This document shows positions 28,493-37,493 of a stretch of 64,000 bases of DNA, piece after piece; the first letter of the stretch is position 1; every line of letters starts with the position of its first letter. Below the pieces are notes generated by a model. That model ran no database searches, was not told the origin of the DNA, and worked only from the letters and a program-made list of their open reading frames with translations. The stretch comes from an uncultured Clostridia bacterium (GTDB taxonomy: Bacteria; Bacillota; Clostridia; Oscillospirales; Oscillospiraceae), in NCBI GenBank assembly GCA_937893605.1, contig CALBGG010000139.1, forward strand, positions 660-64,659, given 5' to 3'. A program made the translations under genes and the position numbers.

Positions 28493-30442
28493 TTACAGCT
28501 TAACTCCTTCGGCTTCAAGCTCGCGCAAGCGGTTATAGAGCGTGCCGCGCGACATGCCGAGATAGCGAGCCGTCCTGGCCTTGTTTCCATTGTGCTTAAT
28601 AAGCGCTTCTATGATACGGCTTGCTTCCGCACCGCGCAGATCAAACGGCGCTCCTATTGAATCAACAGCCGCTGCAGCTGGCTTCTCCTCGAAATCATCG
28701 GCGGTATCCCCGATCTCGAGCTCACGGTCGTTCTCTGCCTTGAGCAGACTGCGTTCGATGACATTGCGCAGCTGCCGCAGATTGCCCGGCCAGTAGTTCT
28801 TTTTGAATTGCTCAACGGTCTCAGCCGAAACGCTGTAGATATTTTTGCCATAGCTCGCGGAGAGAAGCGTAACGAAATAATTGCTCAGCTCCTGCATATC
28901 GGCACGGCGCTCACGCAGAGGCGGAAGGTCTATGCGCAGAACGTTAAGGCGATAATATAGGTCCAGTCTGAACGACCCCTCCCTCACCTTCTGCAATATC
29001 TCGCTGCCGGCAGCGGCAATAACGCGCACATCGGTCTGTATGCTGCGGCGCGAACCGAGCGGTGTGACGATGCCATCCTCAAGAAAGCGCAGCAGGAAGC
29101 TCTGCATATCCTGCGACATTTCGGAAATGCCGTCAAGAAACATAGTACCGCCGTCAGCCTGAACAAATCTGCCCGGATTTTTCTCCGTTCCGACAAGGAT
29201 CTGGTCAATCGACTCGCGCGAAAATTCGCCGCAGCTTATCGGAACGAAGGGGCCGGCAAAGCGGGCGCTTGCATTGTGGATGGCCTGTGCGAAAAGCTCC
29301 TTGCCGGTGCCGGATTCCCCGGTTATAAGGACGTTCGCGGGGCTTGCCGCGGCGGCGCGGGCCTCACTTTTGACTTTTTTCATGCCTGCACTCACCGCAA
29401 TGATATCCTGAAAATTATAAACAGCGTTGTTGCGCTGAGTGCGGGCGCTGTATTTTCTTATCTGCTCGGCCGTTTTTATCGATACCTTGAGTCCTATGAC
29501 CTTGCCATTTTCCTTTATCGCAAGGCACTCGACATAGTATCTCTTGCCGACTCCGCCGAGAGCAATATTCCCCGCCGATATCTCCTTGCCAGTCCGCAGA
29601 GCCTTCAGCACGAAGGACAGCTCGGGGAAGCTGTCGCGCAGAGGTTTGCCTATGACGGAGGTTATGTGCATGTCAAACTCGTTTACAAAGCGGCTGTTTG
29701 CAAAGACTATGACCCCACTGTCATCGACGAGAAGCGTTATATCCGTGCTGCACTGGACCGACTGCTCGAGCAGGTGGAACCTGCGCTCAATGTGCGGATA
29801 AAGGATTCGGTTTTTATATGTGAAGTCGCCGACTTCAAGCATGAATGTCGCGGAGTTCAGCGAGTTCTTGAAGCATTTGTCAAGCGGCAGAAATATCACC
29901 GTCACGGCGTGAAAGCCCGTGCCTGCCGAGGTCTCTCCGTAGCGGGCTATGCAGGCGTATGGCGTCAGCAGGTCGCAGTAATGTCCCTCGCCCGCGCTGA
30001 AGCAGGTAACAAACGGCTTCTCCGGAGCGGTGTTGCCCGCAAAAACGCCGACGTTTTGAACGGAGAAGCGCGTTCCAATGCGCAGTCCCTTTGCCTTGAG
30101 TTCCTTGATAAGCGCCGTATTTCCGCTTTTATGGAAGGCCGTCAGCTGCGTATCAAGATAAAACATCGCGCCGCCCATACGCTCAAGTGCCGTATTGCGG
30201 CTTTCGTAATAGTCTCTGAAATAGGCAAGGTGGCACTTTGATATATCGTCAATGCGGTCAAACACATGCAGGTCGCGGCAATCATCGCCAAGTCGCATGA
30301 TGTGCGCCTGCGCGCCCGAATCGCGCGACTTTTCCCACGCTGCAACGGTTTTATCATATTTATGGTCATACTCGCCCAGCGTTCCGTCGAAAAACTGCTG
30401 CTTGAGCTGCTTTAAAATATCGTTTTTAGGAAGCTTATTCAT
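28493..30442 (-). CDS. AcoR-type bEBP-like regulator (sensory domain, PAS, AAA+, Fis HTH) lacking the GAFTGA loop
   Basis: Walker [14 protein letters not shown], Walker [28 protein letters not shown]. The C-terminal HTH reads [20 protein letters not shown]. Confidence 0.9.
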   Translation of the reverse strand: MNKLPKNDILKQLKQQFFDGTLGEYDHKYDKTVAAWEKSRDSGAQAHIMRLGDDCRDLHVFDRIDDISKCHLAYFRDYYESRNTALERMGGAMFYLDTQLTAFHKSGNTALIKELKAKGLRIGTRFSVQNVGVFAGNTAPEKPFVTCFSAGEGHYCDLLTPYACIARYGETSAGTGFHAVTVIFLPLDKCFKNSLNSATFMLEVGDFTYKNRILYPHIERRFHLLEQSVQCSTDITLLVDDSGVIVFANSRFVNEFDMHITSVIGKPLRDSFPELSFVLKALRTGKEISAGNIALGGVGKRYYVECLAIKENGKVIGLKVSIKTAEQIRKYSARTQRNNAVYNFQDIIAVSAGMKKVKSEARAAAASPANVLITGESGTGKELFAQAIHNASARFAGPFVPISCGEFSRESIDQILVGTEKNPGRFVQADGGTMFLDGISEMSQDMQSFLLRFLEDGIVTPLGSRRSIQTDVRVIAAAGSEILQKVREGSFRLDLYYRLNVLRIDLPPLRERRADMQELSNYFVTLLSASYGKNIYSVSAETVEQFKKNYWPGNLRQLRNVIERSLLKAENDRELEIGDTADDFEEKPAAAAVDSIGAPFDLRGAEASRIIEALIKHNGNKARTARYLGMSRGTLYNRLRELEAEGVKL

Positions 30443-30487
30443 GACGTTTCACCATCCCTATGAACAGTTTTGCACATTTCAATTTGT

Positions 30488-30516
30488 ATTATACCAATCC
30501 TGCGCAGCTCGTTCAA
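30488..30516 (-). promoter_or_regulatory. candidate sigma-70 promoter of the 28493..30442 regulator
   Basis: On the minus strand: TTGAAC, 17 nt, TATAAT, with a TGG just before the -10 box. Confidence 0.4.
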
Positions 30517-30562
30517 CACATTTTAACACATATGTTCAAAAGTGTTCAAGCGCGACTTCCTG

Positions 30563-30591
30563 TTGTCCAACCCCGACGCGTTTGATATTAT
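30563..30591 (+). promoter_or_regulatory. candidate sigma-70 promoter of the acd-etfBA operon
   Basis: TTGTCC, 17 nt, TATTAT, about 30 nt upstream of the ATG. The only GG on the plus strand of this intergenic region is in the AGGAGG RBS, so no -24/-12 element is possible. Confidence 0.3.
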
Positions 30592-30622
30592 ATTGTCAAA
30601 TCCAAAACAGGAGGATGATCCT

Positions 30623-31765
30623 ATGAACACCGTTCTCACCGAAGAAGAACGAGAATTACAGAAGATATATAAGGAATACGCCGACGAGCGCATACGTCCG
30701 CGTGCATTGGAGATCGACAAGGGACTTTTCAGTGTGGAGCCGCTTTTAAAGGAAATGCACGAGCTGGGCTTCTGCGGTATCGTTATTCCGAAGGAATACG
30801 GCGGTCTCGGCAGTAGCTATGTTCACTATGTTTTGGCCGTTGAGGAGCTTTCCAAAGCCAGCGGAGCTGTAGCGAAATCCGTTTCCGGCCAAACGAACAT
30901 GTGCTTCCCAATCTTGAACTACGGCACCGATGAACAGAAGAAAAAATATGTCATACCCTGGGTAAAGGGTGAAAAACGCTCTGCTTTCACTCTCACAGAG
31001 CCAGGCGCTGGCTCGGATGCGGCCGGCATGCAGACAACCGCGGAGCTTATAGACGGAGAATTTGTCGTAAACGGCGCAAAGGCCTTCATAACCGGCGCGC
31101 GCGAGGCGGATTTTTTCCAGACTTACTGTCAGTTCAAGGCTCCGGACGGAACAAAAAGCCCCATATGCCTGCTGATCGATATTCACGAATGCGAAGGAAT
31201 AACCGTAGGCCGCAATGAAGATCTCATGGGCATGCGCGCAAGCTCGGTTGCCGAAGTCATTTTCGACAATGTTCACGTTCCGGCCGAAAATCTCCTCGGT
31301 GAGATCGGCAAGGGCTTCCATGCTGCAATGTCCACGCTCGACGCGGGCAGACTCGGCATCTCGGCAGTCTGCGTTGGCATGGCTCAGGACGCCGTTGATC
31401 AGACCGTAAAATACACTAAGGAGCGCGTGCAGTTCGGTAAGCGCATCTCGCAGTTTCAAAACACGCAGTTCAAGCTCGCCGAGTACCAAACCAAGGTAGA
31501 GGCTGCGCGTCTTATAGTATATAACTGCGCAAGCCGCATGGATAACGGCGAGCGCGTATCACACCTCTCGTCGATGGCCAAGTACTATGCTTCTGACATT
31601 CTCAACGAGGTCGTTCGCGGCTGTCTTCAGCTGCACGGCGGCTACGGCTACAGCAAGGAATTCGTCATTGAAAAGCTCTACCGCGACGCAAAGCTCACCG
31701 AAATATTCGAAGGAACGAGCGAGATTCAGAAGAAGATTATTGCCAAGTGGATGGGCGTTAAGTGA
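30623..31765 (+). CDS. acyl-CoA dehydrogenase
   Basis: ACAD three-domain pattern (FTLTEPGAGSDAAGMQTTA, YASDILNEVVRGCLQLHGGYGY, IFEGTSEIQ). The ATG at 30623 follows AGGAGG. Confidence 0.9.
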   Translation: MNTVLTEEERELQKIYKEYADERIRPRALEIDKGLFSVEPLLKEMHELGFCGIVIPKEYGGLGSSYVHYVLAVEELSKASGAVAKSVSGQTNMCFPILNYGTDEQKKKYVIPWVKGEKRSAFTLTEPGAGSDAAGMQTTAELIDGEFVVNGAKAFITGAREADFFQTYCQFKAPDGTKSPICLLIDIHECEGITVGRNEDLMGMRASSVAEVIFDNVHVPAENLLGEIGKGFHAAMSTLDAGRLGISAVCVGMAQDAVDQTVKYTKERVQFGKRISQFQNTQFKLAEYQTKVEAARLIVYNCASRMDNGERVSHLSSMAKYYASDILNEVVRGCLQLHGGYGYSKEFVIEKLYRDAKLTEIFEGTSEIQKKIIAKWMGVK

Positions 31766-31779
31766 TGGAGGTGCAGAAA

Positions 31780-32562
31780 ATGAATATTATTGTGTTTATA
31801 AAGCAGGTACCCGACAGCGATGAGGTTAAGCTCGACGAAAACGGAAATCTCATCCGAAACGGCGTGAGAACGGCGATAAACTCCGTGGACAAAAACGCGC
31901 TTGAGCTTGGACTAAGTCTGCGCGACCATGTCGGTGGCAAGGTTACGGCGGTCACTATGGGGCCTCCGCAGGCAAAGGATGTTCTCAAAAGGGCATTGTT
32001 CATGGGCTGCGACGAGGCAGTGCTCCTGTCCGACCGCGCCTTCGGCGGTGCGGACACGCTCGCAACGGGTTATGTTCTTTCCATGGCAGCAAAGAAGCTC
32101 GGCAGCTTTGACCTTGCCATTTTCGGCAACAAGGCCTCCGACGCAGAGACCGCACAGACGGGACCCGTAACGGCGGGCTTCCTCGGTCTGCCGCTGGTCA
32201 CGAGCGTTGAAAGTCTGGAACTTGAGGGGCGCTCAATAATCTGCCTCCGCAGTTTCACCGGCGGCACTGAGACTTCCAGGACCGAGCTTCCGGCTGTCGT
32301 CACAGTAACCCCAACCATAAACACTCCACGCTTTATGACTCCCGCGAATGTTATCGAGGGTCTCAAAAAAGGCATAACGGTTTGGAATCTTGCAGACCTC
32401 GGCTGCGACGAGGCTCGCTGCGGTATCAAGGGCTCGCCCTCACGCACAAAGCGCGTCACAGCGCCGCAGGTTAAGGAAGTCGACTCGACCGTTATACGCG
32501 GAAGCAGCGATGAGACAGCCGATGTCTTGGCCGGGCTTCTTGCGGACATGCATCTTATCTGA
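31780..32562 (+). CDS. etfB: electron transfer flavoprotein beta subunit
   Basis: MNIIVFIKQVPDSDEVKLD, VTMGPPQA, SDAETAQTGP. Confidence 0.9.
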   Translation: MNIIVFIKQVPDSDEVKLDENGNLIRNGVRTAINSVDKNALELGLSLRDHVGGKVTAVTMGPPQAKDVLKRALFMGCDEAVLLSDRAFGGADTLATGYVLSMAAKKLGSFDLAIFGNKASDAETAQTGPVTAGFLGLPLVTSVESLELEGRSIICLRSFTGGTETSRTELPAVVTVTPTINTPRFMTPANVIEGLKKGITVWNLADLGCDEARCGIKGSPSRTKRVTAPQVKEVDSTVIRGSSDETADVLAGLLADMHLI

Positions 32563-32575
32563 TGGAGGAAGAAAA

Positions 32576-33550
32576 ATGAGCAATGATATTTGGGTTTTTG
32601 CCGAGACGAATAACGGCAAGCTTTGCGATATAGTCCCCGAGCTGCTGACAAAGGGCAGGCATCTCAAGGCGCACAAGGGCGGTGAACTCGTCGCCGTAGT
32701 GCTGGGCGCTGCCGACGAGGCCGTCATCAACGAGCTCTCCGAATACGGTGCCGATAAAGTCATTATCGGCGAAAACGCGGCGCTTTCAAGCTACAGTGCG
32801 CGCACCTACGCGCAGGCGATGACCGATCTCGTCAAAAAATACGAGCCCGAAATTTTCATAATTCCAGCAACAGGCATAGGCCGCGAGATAGCTCCCCTTA
32901 CCATGCAGGCGCTCGGCACTGGCCTTACAGCCGATGCTCTCGACCTCATTTTTGACGAGGATGGCGACTTCATTCAGGTCACTGCGGGCTTCGGCGGCAA
33001 TATTCTGGCGCATATCTGCATCGGCGAAAAACGCCCGCAAATGGTTACCGTCTGCGCAAAGGTATTCGACGCAGAGCCCGTAGGCACTCCTCACACAGCA
33101 AATGTCGTCCGTGATGCGGTCAAATGCGAAAAGGATCCCGCATACGAGCTTATAAAGGCTGTAGCCGCAGAAACGGCGCACACTCAGTTAAAGGATGCAA
33201 AAATAGTGGTTGCCTGCGGGCGCGGCATCAAGAAGAAGGATGACCTCGACATGATAGCCGATTTTGCCTCCCGCATCGGAGCCACGCTTGCCTGCTCAAG
33301 GCCGCTTTCCGACTGCGGCTGGATGCGGCACGAAAGCCAGCTCGGTCAAAGCGGCTGCACCGTCAAGGCGGAGCTCATTATAAACATCGGCATCTCCGGT
33401 TCCGCTCAGTATCTTGCCGGTATGCAGAACTCCAAGTGCATTGTGAGCATAAATACAAACGACTCGGCGCCGATCATGGCGGTATCTAACTACGCAATCG
33501 TCGCCGATTACCGTCAGTTCATCCCAGCGCTTCTCAAAAAATTGCACTGA
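32576..33550 (+). CDS. etfA: electron transfer flavoprotein alpha subunit
   Basis: IWVFAE..., then the C-terminal FAD-binding region (VVACGRGI, QLGQSGCTVKAELIINIGISGSAQYLAGM). Confidence 0.9.
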   Translation: MSNDIWVFAETNNGKLCDIVPELLTKGRHLKAHKGGELVAVVLGAADEAVINELSEYGADKVIIGENAALSSYSARTYAQAMTDLVKKYEPEIFIIPATGIGREIAPLTMQALGTGLTADALDLIFDEDGDFIQVTAGFGGNILAHICIGEKRPQMVTVCAKVFDAEPVGTPHTANVVRDAVKCEKDPAYELIKAVAAETAHTQLKDAKIVVACGRGIKKKDDLDMIADFASRIGATLACSRPLSDCGWMRHESQLGQSGCTVKAELIINIGISGSAQYLAGMQNSKCIVSINTNDSAPIMAVSNYAIVADYRQFIPALLKKLH

Positions 33551-33558
33551 CGCAAGAC

Positions 33559-33591
33559 AAAAGCTCCCCGGTCCAGGCCGGGGAGCTTTTT
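33559..33591. terminator. bidirectional terminator between convergent operons
   Basis: AAAAGCTCCCCGG-loop-CCGGGGAGCTTTTT. Confidence 0.8.
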
Positions 33592-33605
33592 CTATACTAA
33601 ATTCA

Positions 33606-34862
33606 TTATATAATACCTTTTTCGCGGAAAGAAGAAATGCTTCTATCATCATAGCCGAGGATCTTTTTCAGTATATCCTCAGTGTCCTGACCGAGAGCCG
33701 GGCCGCCTCGCCAAACCATACCGGGTGATACACTCATTTTCGGAGCTACGCCGAATGCAGTAACGTCAACGCCGGTGGACTGGTCAACAAAATTGACAAA
33801 ATCCCCGCGGCTGAGGTACTGTTCGTTTTTCATGCACGCCTGCGCATCGTTAACTCTCGCGCAGGGAACACGGCCGGCGCGCATCGCTTCCTCGATCTCG
33901 TCGGCGGTGCGAGACAGACACCATTCGTTTATGAGGCTGTCAAGCTCCCTCCCCTCGGGTGAGTTGACGGCAGTTTTGTCCTTTGAGGTTTTTTCGTAGG
34001 GGTATTTTTCAGCATCCAGTCCTGCGGCGTTCATAAAGCGCTCGAATACGCTTTTGCCCACAGCGCCGATACTGACATAAACTCCGTCTTTACTGGTGAA
34101 CAGATCCCACGGCTGAAAGCCTATTGCCTTTGTTCCACAGCGCTGAACCTCGGCAAGTCCGAGCGATGACATGGTGAATGCATCGCGCATTACGCGAGCC
34201 ATGGACTCAAACTGCGCAACATCAACGACCTGACCGCGCCCGGTGTTCTTCGCATCGATATAGGCAGCCAGCATACCGAAGAGCGCAAACAGCGCCGTTA
34301 TGTAGTCACCCAGCGAGGGCTTTACAATAAGCGGCGGTCTGTCCTCATAGCCGTTGAACAGTGCATAACCCGAAAACGCCTGCCCGGTCATATCATACGA
34401 TGCCTGATTGCAGATCTCGGGCCGTCCACCGAATTCGCTGTGCCCGTAACCGGAAATATGAACGATTACAAGGCGAGGATTGACCTTCAGAATTTCGTCG
34501 TCGTCGATACCGAGCTTTTCGAGCCAGACCATGTTTTCGATGAAGATATCGCTCTGAGCGATGAGCTTATAAAATATATCTTTCACGTCGTGATCCTTAA
34601 GGTCAAGCTCGAGCGTCATTGACAAGCGGTTGCGCGCATCCTGTATCCACGACGAGCCCGCAGCGCCCTGTTCAGTTTTCTTAACCGGCGGAAAGAAGCG
34701 ATATGTGTCGCCGATACCTGGGCGCTCAATCTGAATCACCTCTGCGCCGAAATCGGCCATCATGGTAACCGCGAAGGGCATCGCTATGAGAGAGCCCGCA
34801 CCGACGACACGCAGTCCCCGGAGCGGTCCGAATTCCGGTATGATAAAATTTCTCTTGTCCAT
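33606..34862 (-). CDS. family III (CaiB/BaiF) CoA-transferase
   Basis: GPLRGLRVVGAGSLIAMPFAVTMMADFGAEVIQIERPG is the family N-terminus. Confidence 0.9.
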   Translation of the reverse strand: MDKRNFIIPEFGPLRGLRVVGAGSLIAMPFAVTMMADFGAEVIQIERPGIGDTYRFFPPVKKTEQGAAGSSWIQDARNRLSMTLELDLKDHDVKDIFYKLIAQSDIFIENMVWLEKLGIDDDEILKVNPRLVIVHISGYGHSEFGGRPEICNQASYDMTGQAFSGYALFNGYEDRPPLIVKPSLGDYITALFALFGMLAAYIDAKNTGRGQVVDVAQFESMARVMRDAFTMSSLGLAEVQRCGTKAIGFQPWDLFTSKDGVYVSIGAVGKSVFERFMNAAGLDAEKYPYEKTSKDKTAVNSPEGRELDSLINEWCLSRTADEIEEAMRAGRVPCARVNDAQACMKNEQYLSRGDFVNFVDQSTGVDVTAFGVAPKMSVSPGMVWRGGPALGQDTEDILKKILGYDDRSISSFREKGII

Positions 34863-34921
34863 GGCTGTGCCTGCTCCTTAAATGCCGATGACGGTTCTGT
34901 CCGCCATCGGCAATATTGTTA

Positions 34922-36139
34922 TCAGATGTTTTTTGCACCCCACCGCTCAAGCAGAGCCTTTGCTTCCTCTTTGCTCTTGCCCCAGCTTTTAAGGATCTCA
35001 TAGCTGTTCTCGCCTATGCGTGGAGCAAGCTGCGGCTTGCGATCCTCATCGCTGACATCGGAGAAATCCGCAAAATAGGCACAGTGCTTATTAGAGGCAA
35101 CATCTGTTCCTTCCCATTCGGGGTACATGGGGAAGTTGACCCACCATCCGAGACGGTTGTACTCTTCGTCGTTCCATGCCTCCTCGGGCGTAAGCACCGG
35201 GCAGCACGGTACGCCAGCCGCGTCGAGCTTATTATATGCTTCTCTGGAATCCTCAAAGGTGTTTATCCAATCGGTAATAATCTGTTCGACTACGGTATGG
35301 TGCTTGCAGCGATCCGGCATGGTGACAAAGCGTGGGTCTTCTTTATATTCGGGATGCCCAATGCAGTCGCACAGCGCATTCCATGTTGCCGGCGATACGG
35401 CGCCAATAACCATTGACATAGTCTTACCTGTGTAAATTCCGTAAGGGCAAAGGTTTGTATTGTGGTTGCCTGTACGTCTCTGAATGTGACCTTTGTGATT
35501 ATGAATCTGCAAGGTGCTGGAATTTATGTGCAGAACATTGCGCACAAGTGAGAAATCGACAAATTGGCCGCGGCCGGTCTTGAGCTTGTGGATGTAAGCA
35601 AGTAATGTGGATGCAAACATACCCTCAGCGCCGCTGGTATCGCCGATGACGGAGCCGATGCGGGTCGGTGCGCCGTCAGCTTCTCCGGTCTGTGCATTTA
35701 TTCCGCTCATCGCGACAGCGCATATGTCATAGGAGGGCTTGTTGCTGTATTTTGAGGGCTTCACGCCGAAGGGTGTCAGCGAAGCGTAAATTATGCCGGG
35801 ATTCACCTTGCGCATATCCTCGTAGCCAAGGCCAAACTTCTCCATAAAGCCGGGTTTATTGGAAACAAGTACTATATCAAAATTTTTGACCTGCTCAAGG
35901 ATCAGCTCCTGCGCTGCGGGATCGCTGAGCTTCATCTCGATCGATTTCTTGCCGCGATCCTTGCCGCAGGCGTAGGTGGACATACCGTTTGCAACGTAAG
36001 CGAATCTGCGTCCTGCCTCTCCGCCTGGTACCTCTACCTTTACGACCTCTGCACCGTAATCGGCAAAGTACGAGCCGACGATCGGGCCGGCGGCATTGGT
36101 AGTGAAGTCAAGAACTTTTACACCTTCAAGCATTTTCAT
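34922..36139 (-). CDS. family III CoA-transferase, tandem paralog B
   Basis: MKMLEGVKVLDFTTNAAGPIVGSYFADYGAEVVKVEVPGG. The ATG at 36139 follows GGAGGA. Confidence 0.9.
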   Translation of the reverse strand: MKMLEGVKVLDFTTNAAGPIVGSYFADYGAEVVKVEVPGGEAGRRFAYVANGMSTYACGKDRGKKSIEMKLSDPAAQELILEQVKNFDIVLVSNKPGFMEKFGLGYEDMRKVNPGIIYASLTPFGVKPSKYSNKPSYDICAVAMSGINAQTGEADGAPTRIGSVIGDTSGAEGMFASTLLAYIHKLKTGRGQFVDFSLVRNVLHINSSTLQIHNHKGHIQRRTGNHNTNLCPYGIYTGKTMSMVIGAVSPATWNALCDCIGHPEYKEDPRFVTMPDRCKHHTVVEQIITDWINTFEDSREAYNKLDAAGVPCCPVLTPEEAWNDEEYNRLGWWVNFPMYPEWEGTDVASNKHCAYFADFSDVSDEDRKPQLAPRIGENSYEILKSWGKSKEEAKALLERWGAKNI

Positions 36140-36244
36140 GTTTTTTCCTCCTAATATTTTGTGATTCAATCTAAATTCTCAACCGGGAAGATTTTCCTCC
36201 AAGAGAGAGCTGTAATCTTATTTCTTAGATTGGGTCGCCCAATA

Positions 36245-37465
36245 TCAAATGTTGGTCGCTCCCCACTTTTCGAGCAGAGCCTTTGCCTCTTCCTCGGTCT
36301 TACCCCACTCCTCAAGCACCTCATAATTGTTCTCTCCGATACGGGTACTTATGTTAGCAGGACGATTCTCGGGATGCTCGTCGATTGTTGAAAAGTCTGC
36401 AAAGTATGCGCAATGCTTGTTGGAAATGATGTCGGTTCCCTCCCATTCGGGGTACATGGGGAAGTTGACCCACCAGCCGAGGCGATTGTACTCTTCGTCG
36501 TTCCATACTTCCTCGGGGGTCATAACGGGGGCGACGGCAACGCCGGCCTTTTCCATCATTTCATATGCGTCGTGGGTATTTTCAAAGGTCATTAGCCAGT
36601 CGGTGATGATCTGCTCGACCTTCAGGTGGTTTTTAGACCTCATAGGCAGTGTTGCAAAGTCGGGATCGGTCTTGAGATCCGGGCGATTCATGCAGTCGCA
36701 CAGAGGATTCCACGTGCTCGGCGCCACGGCGCCGATAACAATGGACATGGTCTTGCCGGTGTAGATGCCGTAGGGAGACATGTTTGCGTTGTGGTTTCCG
36801 GAGCGGTACTGGATGTGACCCTTCTTGTTGTGGTACTGGAGAGTATCGTTGATGTGAACGAGGTTGCGGACGAGAGAGAAGTCAACAAACTGACCCTCGC
36901 CGGTGCGCTGCTTGTGGAAAAGTGCGATCATAAGCGCTGCGAAGAATCCCTCTGCGCCGATCATGTCGCCGATAACCGAGCCGATACGGGTCGGGTTGCC
37001 GTCGCGTTCGCCGGTCTGTGCGTTCAGGCCGCTCATCGCAACCGCGCAGATATCATAGGATGGCTTATTGCTATATTTGTTGGGCTTGTAACCGAACGGA
37101 GTCAGAGCGCCGTAAACGATACCCGGGTTCACCTTCTTTACGTCCTCATAGCCGAGGCCGAACTTCTCGAGGAATCCTGGCCTATTGGATGAAACAAGCA
37201 CGTCGAAGTCTTTGACGACGTCGAGAAGGAGCTTCTGCGCATCGGGATCGCTGAGCTTGATCTCGACAGACTTCTTGCCGCGATCCTTGCCGCAGGCATA
37301 AGTGGATATGCCGTTTACATAGAAAGCAAACTTTCTGCCTCCCTCGCCGCCGGGTACCTCGACCTTTACAACTTCCGCACCATAGTCGGCGAAATAGGTT
37401 GCTGCCTTAGGGCCTGATGCGTTAGTGGTAAAGTCAAGTACCTTAATGCCTTCGAGCATTTTCAT
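36245..37465 (-). CDS. family III CoA-transferase, tandem paralog A
   Basis: MKMLEGIKVLDFTTNASGPKAATYFADYGAEVVKVEVPGG. The ATG at 37465 follows AAGGAGA. Confidence 0.9.
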   Translation of the reverse strand: MKMLEGIKVLDFTTNASGPKAATYFADYGAEVVKVEVPGGEGGRKFAFYVNGISTYACGKDRGKKSVEIKLSDPDAQKLLLDVVKDFDVLVSSNRPGFLEKFGLGYEDVKKVNPGIVYGALTPFGYKPNKYSNKPSYDICAVAMSGLNAQTGERDGNPTRIGSVIGDMIGAEGFFAALMIALFHKQRTGEGQFVDFSLVRNLVHINDTLQYHNKKGHIQYRSGNHNANMSPYGIYTGKTMSIVIGAVAPSTWNPLCDCMNRPDLKTDPDFATLPMRSKNHLKVEQIITDWLMTFENTHDAYEMMEKAGVAVAPVMTPEEVWNDEEYNRLGWWVNFPMYPEWEGTDIISNKHCAYFADFSTIDEHPENRPANISTRIGENNYEVLEEWGKTEEEAKALLEKWGATNI

Positions 37466-37493
37466 ATCGTTTTCTCCTTTTAATTCAATATTT

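Noticed and set aside
28261-28660. ORFs 28261..28503 (+), 28277..28660 (+) and 28051..28383 (-) in and around the structured intergenic region.
   Set aside because: They have no RBS. They overlap the strongly supported regulator gene or the lipoprotein 3' end, and their translations are Arg/Ser/Ala-rich with no domain signal. I treat the region as non-coding.
30443-30622. An expected sigma-54 promoter in front of the acd-etfBA operon, next to a bEBP-like gene.
   Set aside because: Apart from the AGGAGG RBS, the plus strand of this intergenic region has no GG dinucleotide, so a GG-N10-GC element is impossible. TTGCAC-ATTTC-AATTT only looks superficially similar.
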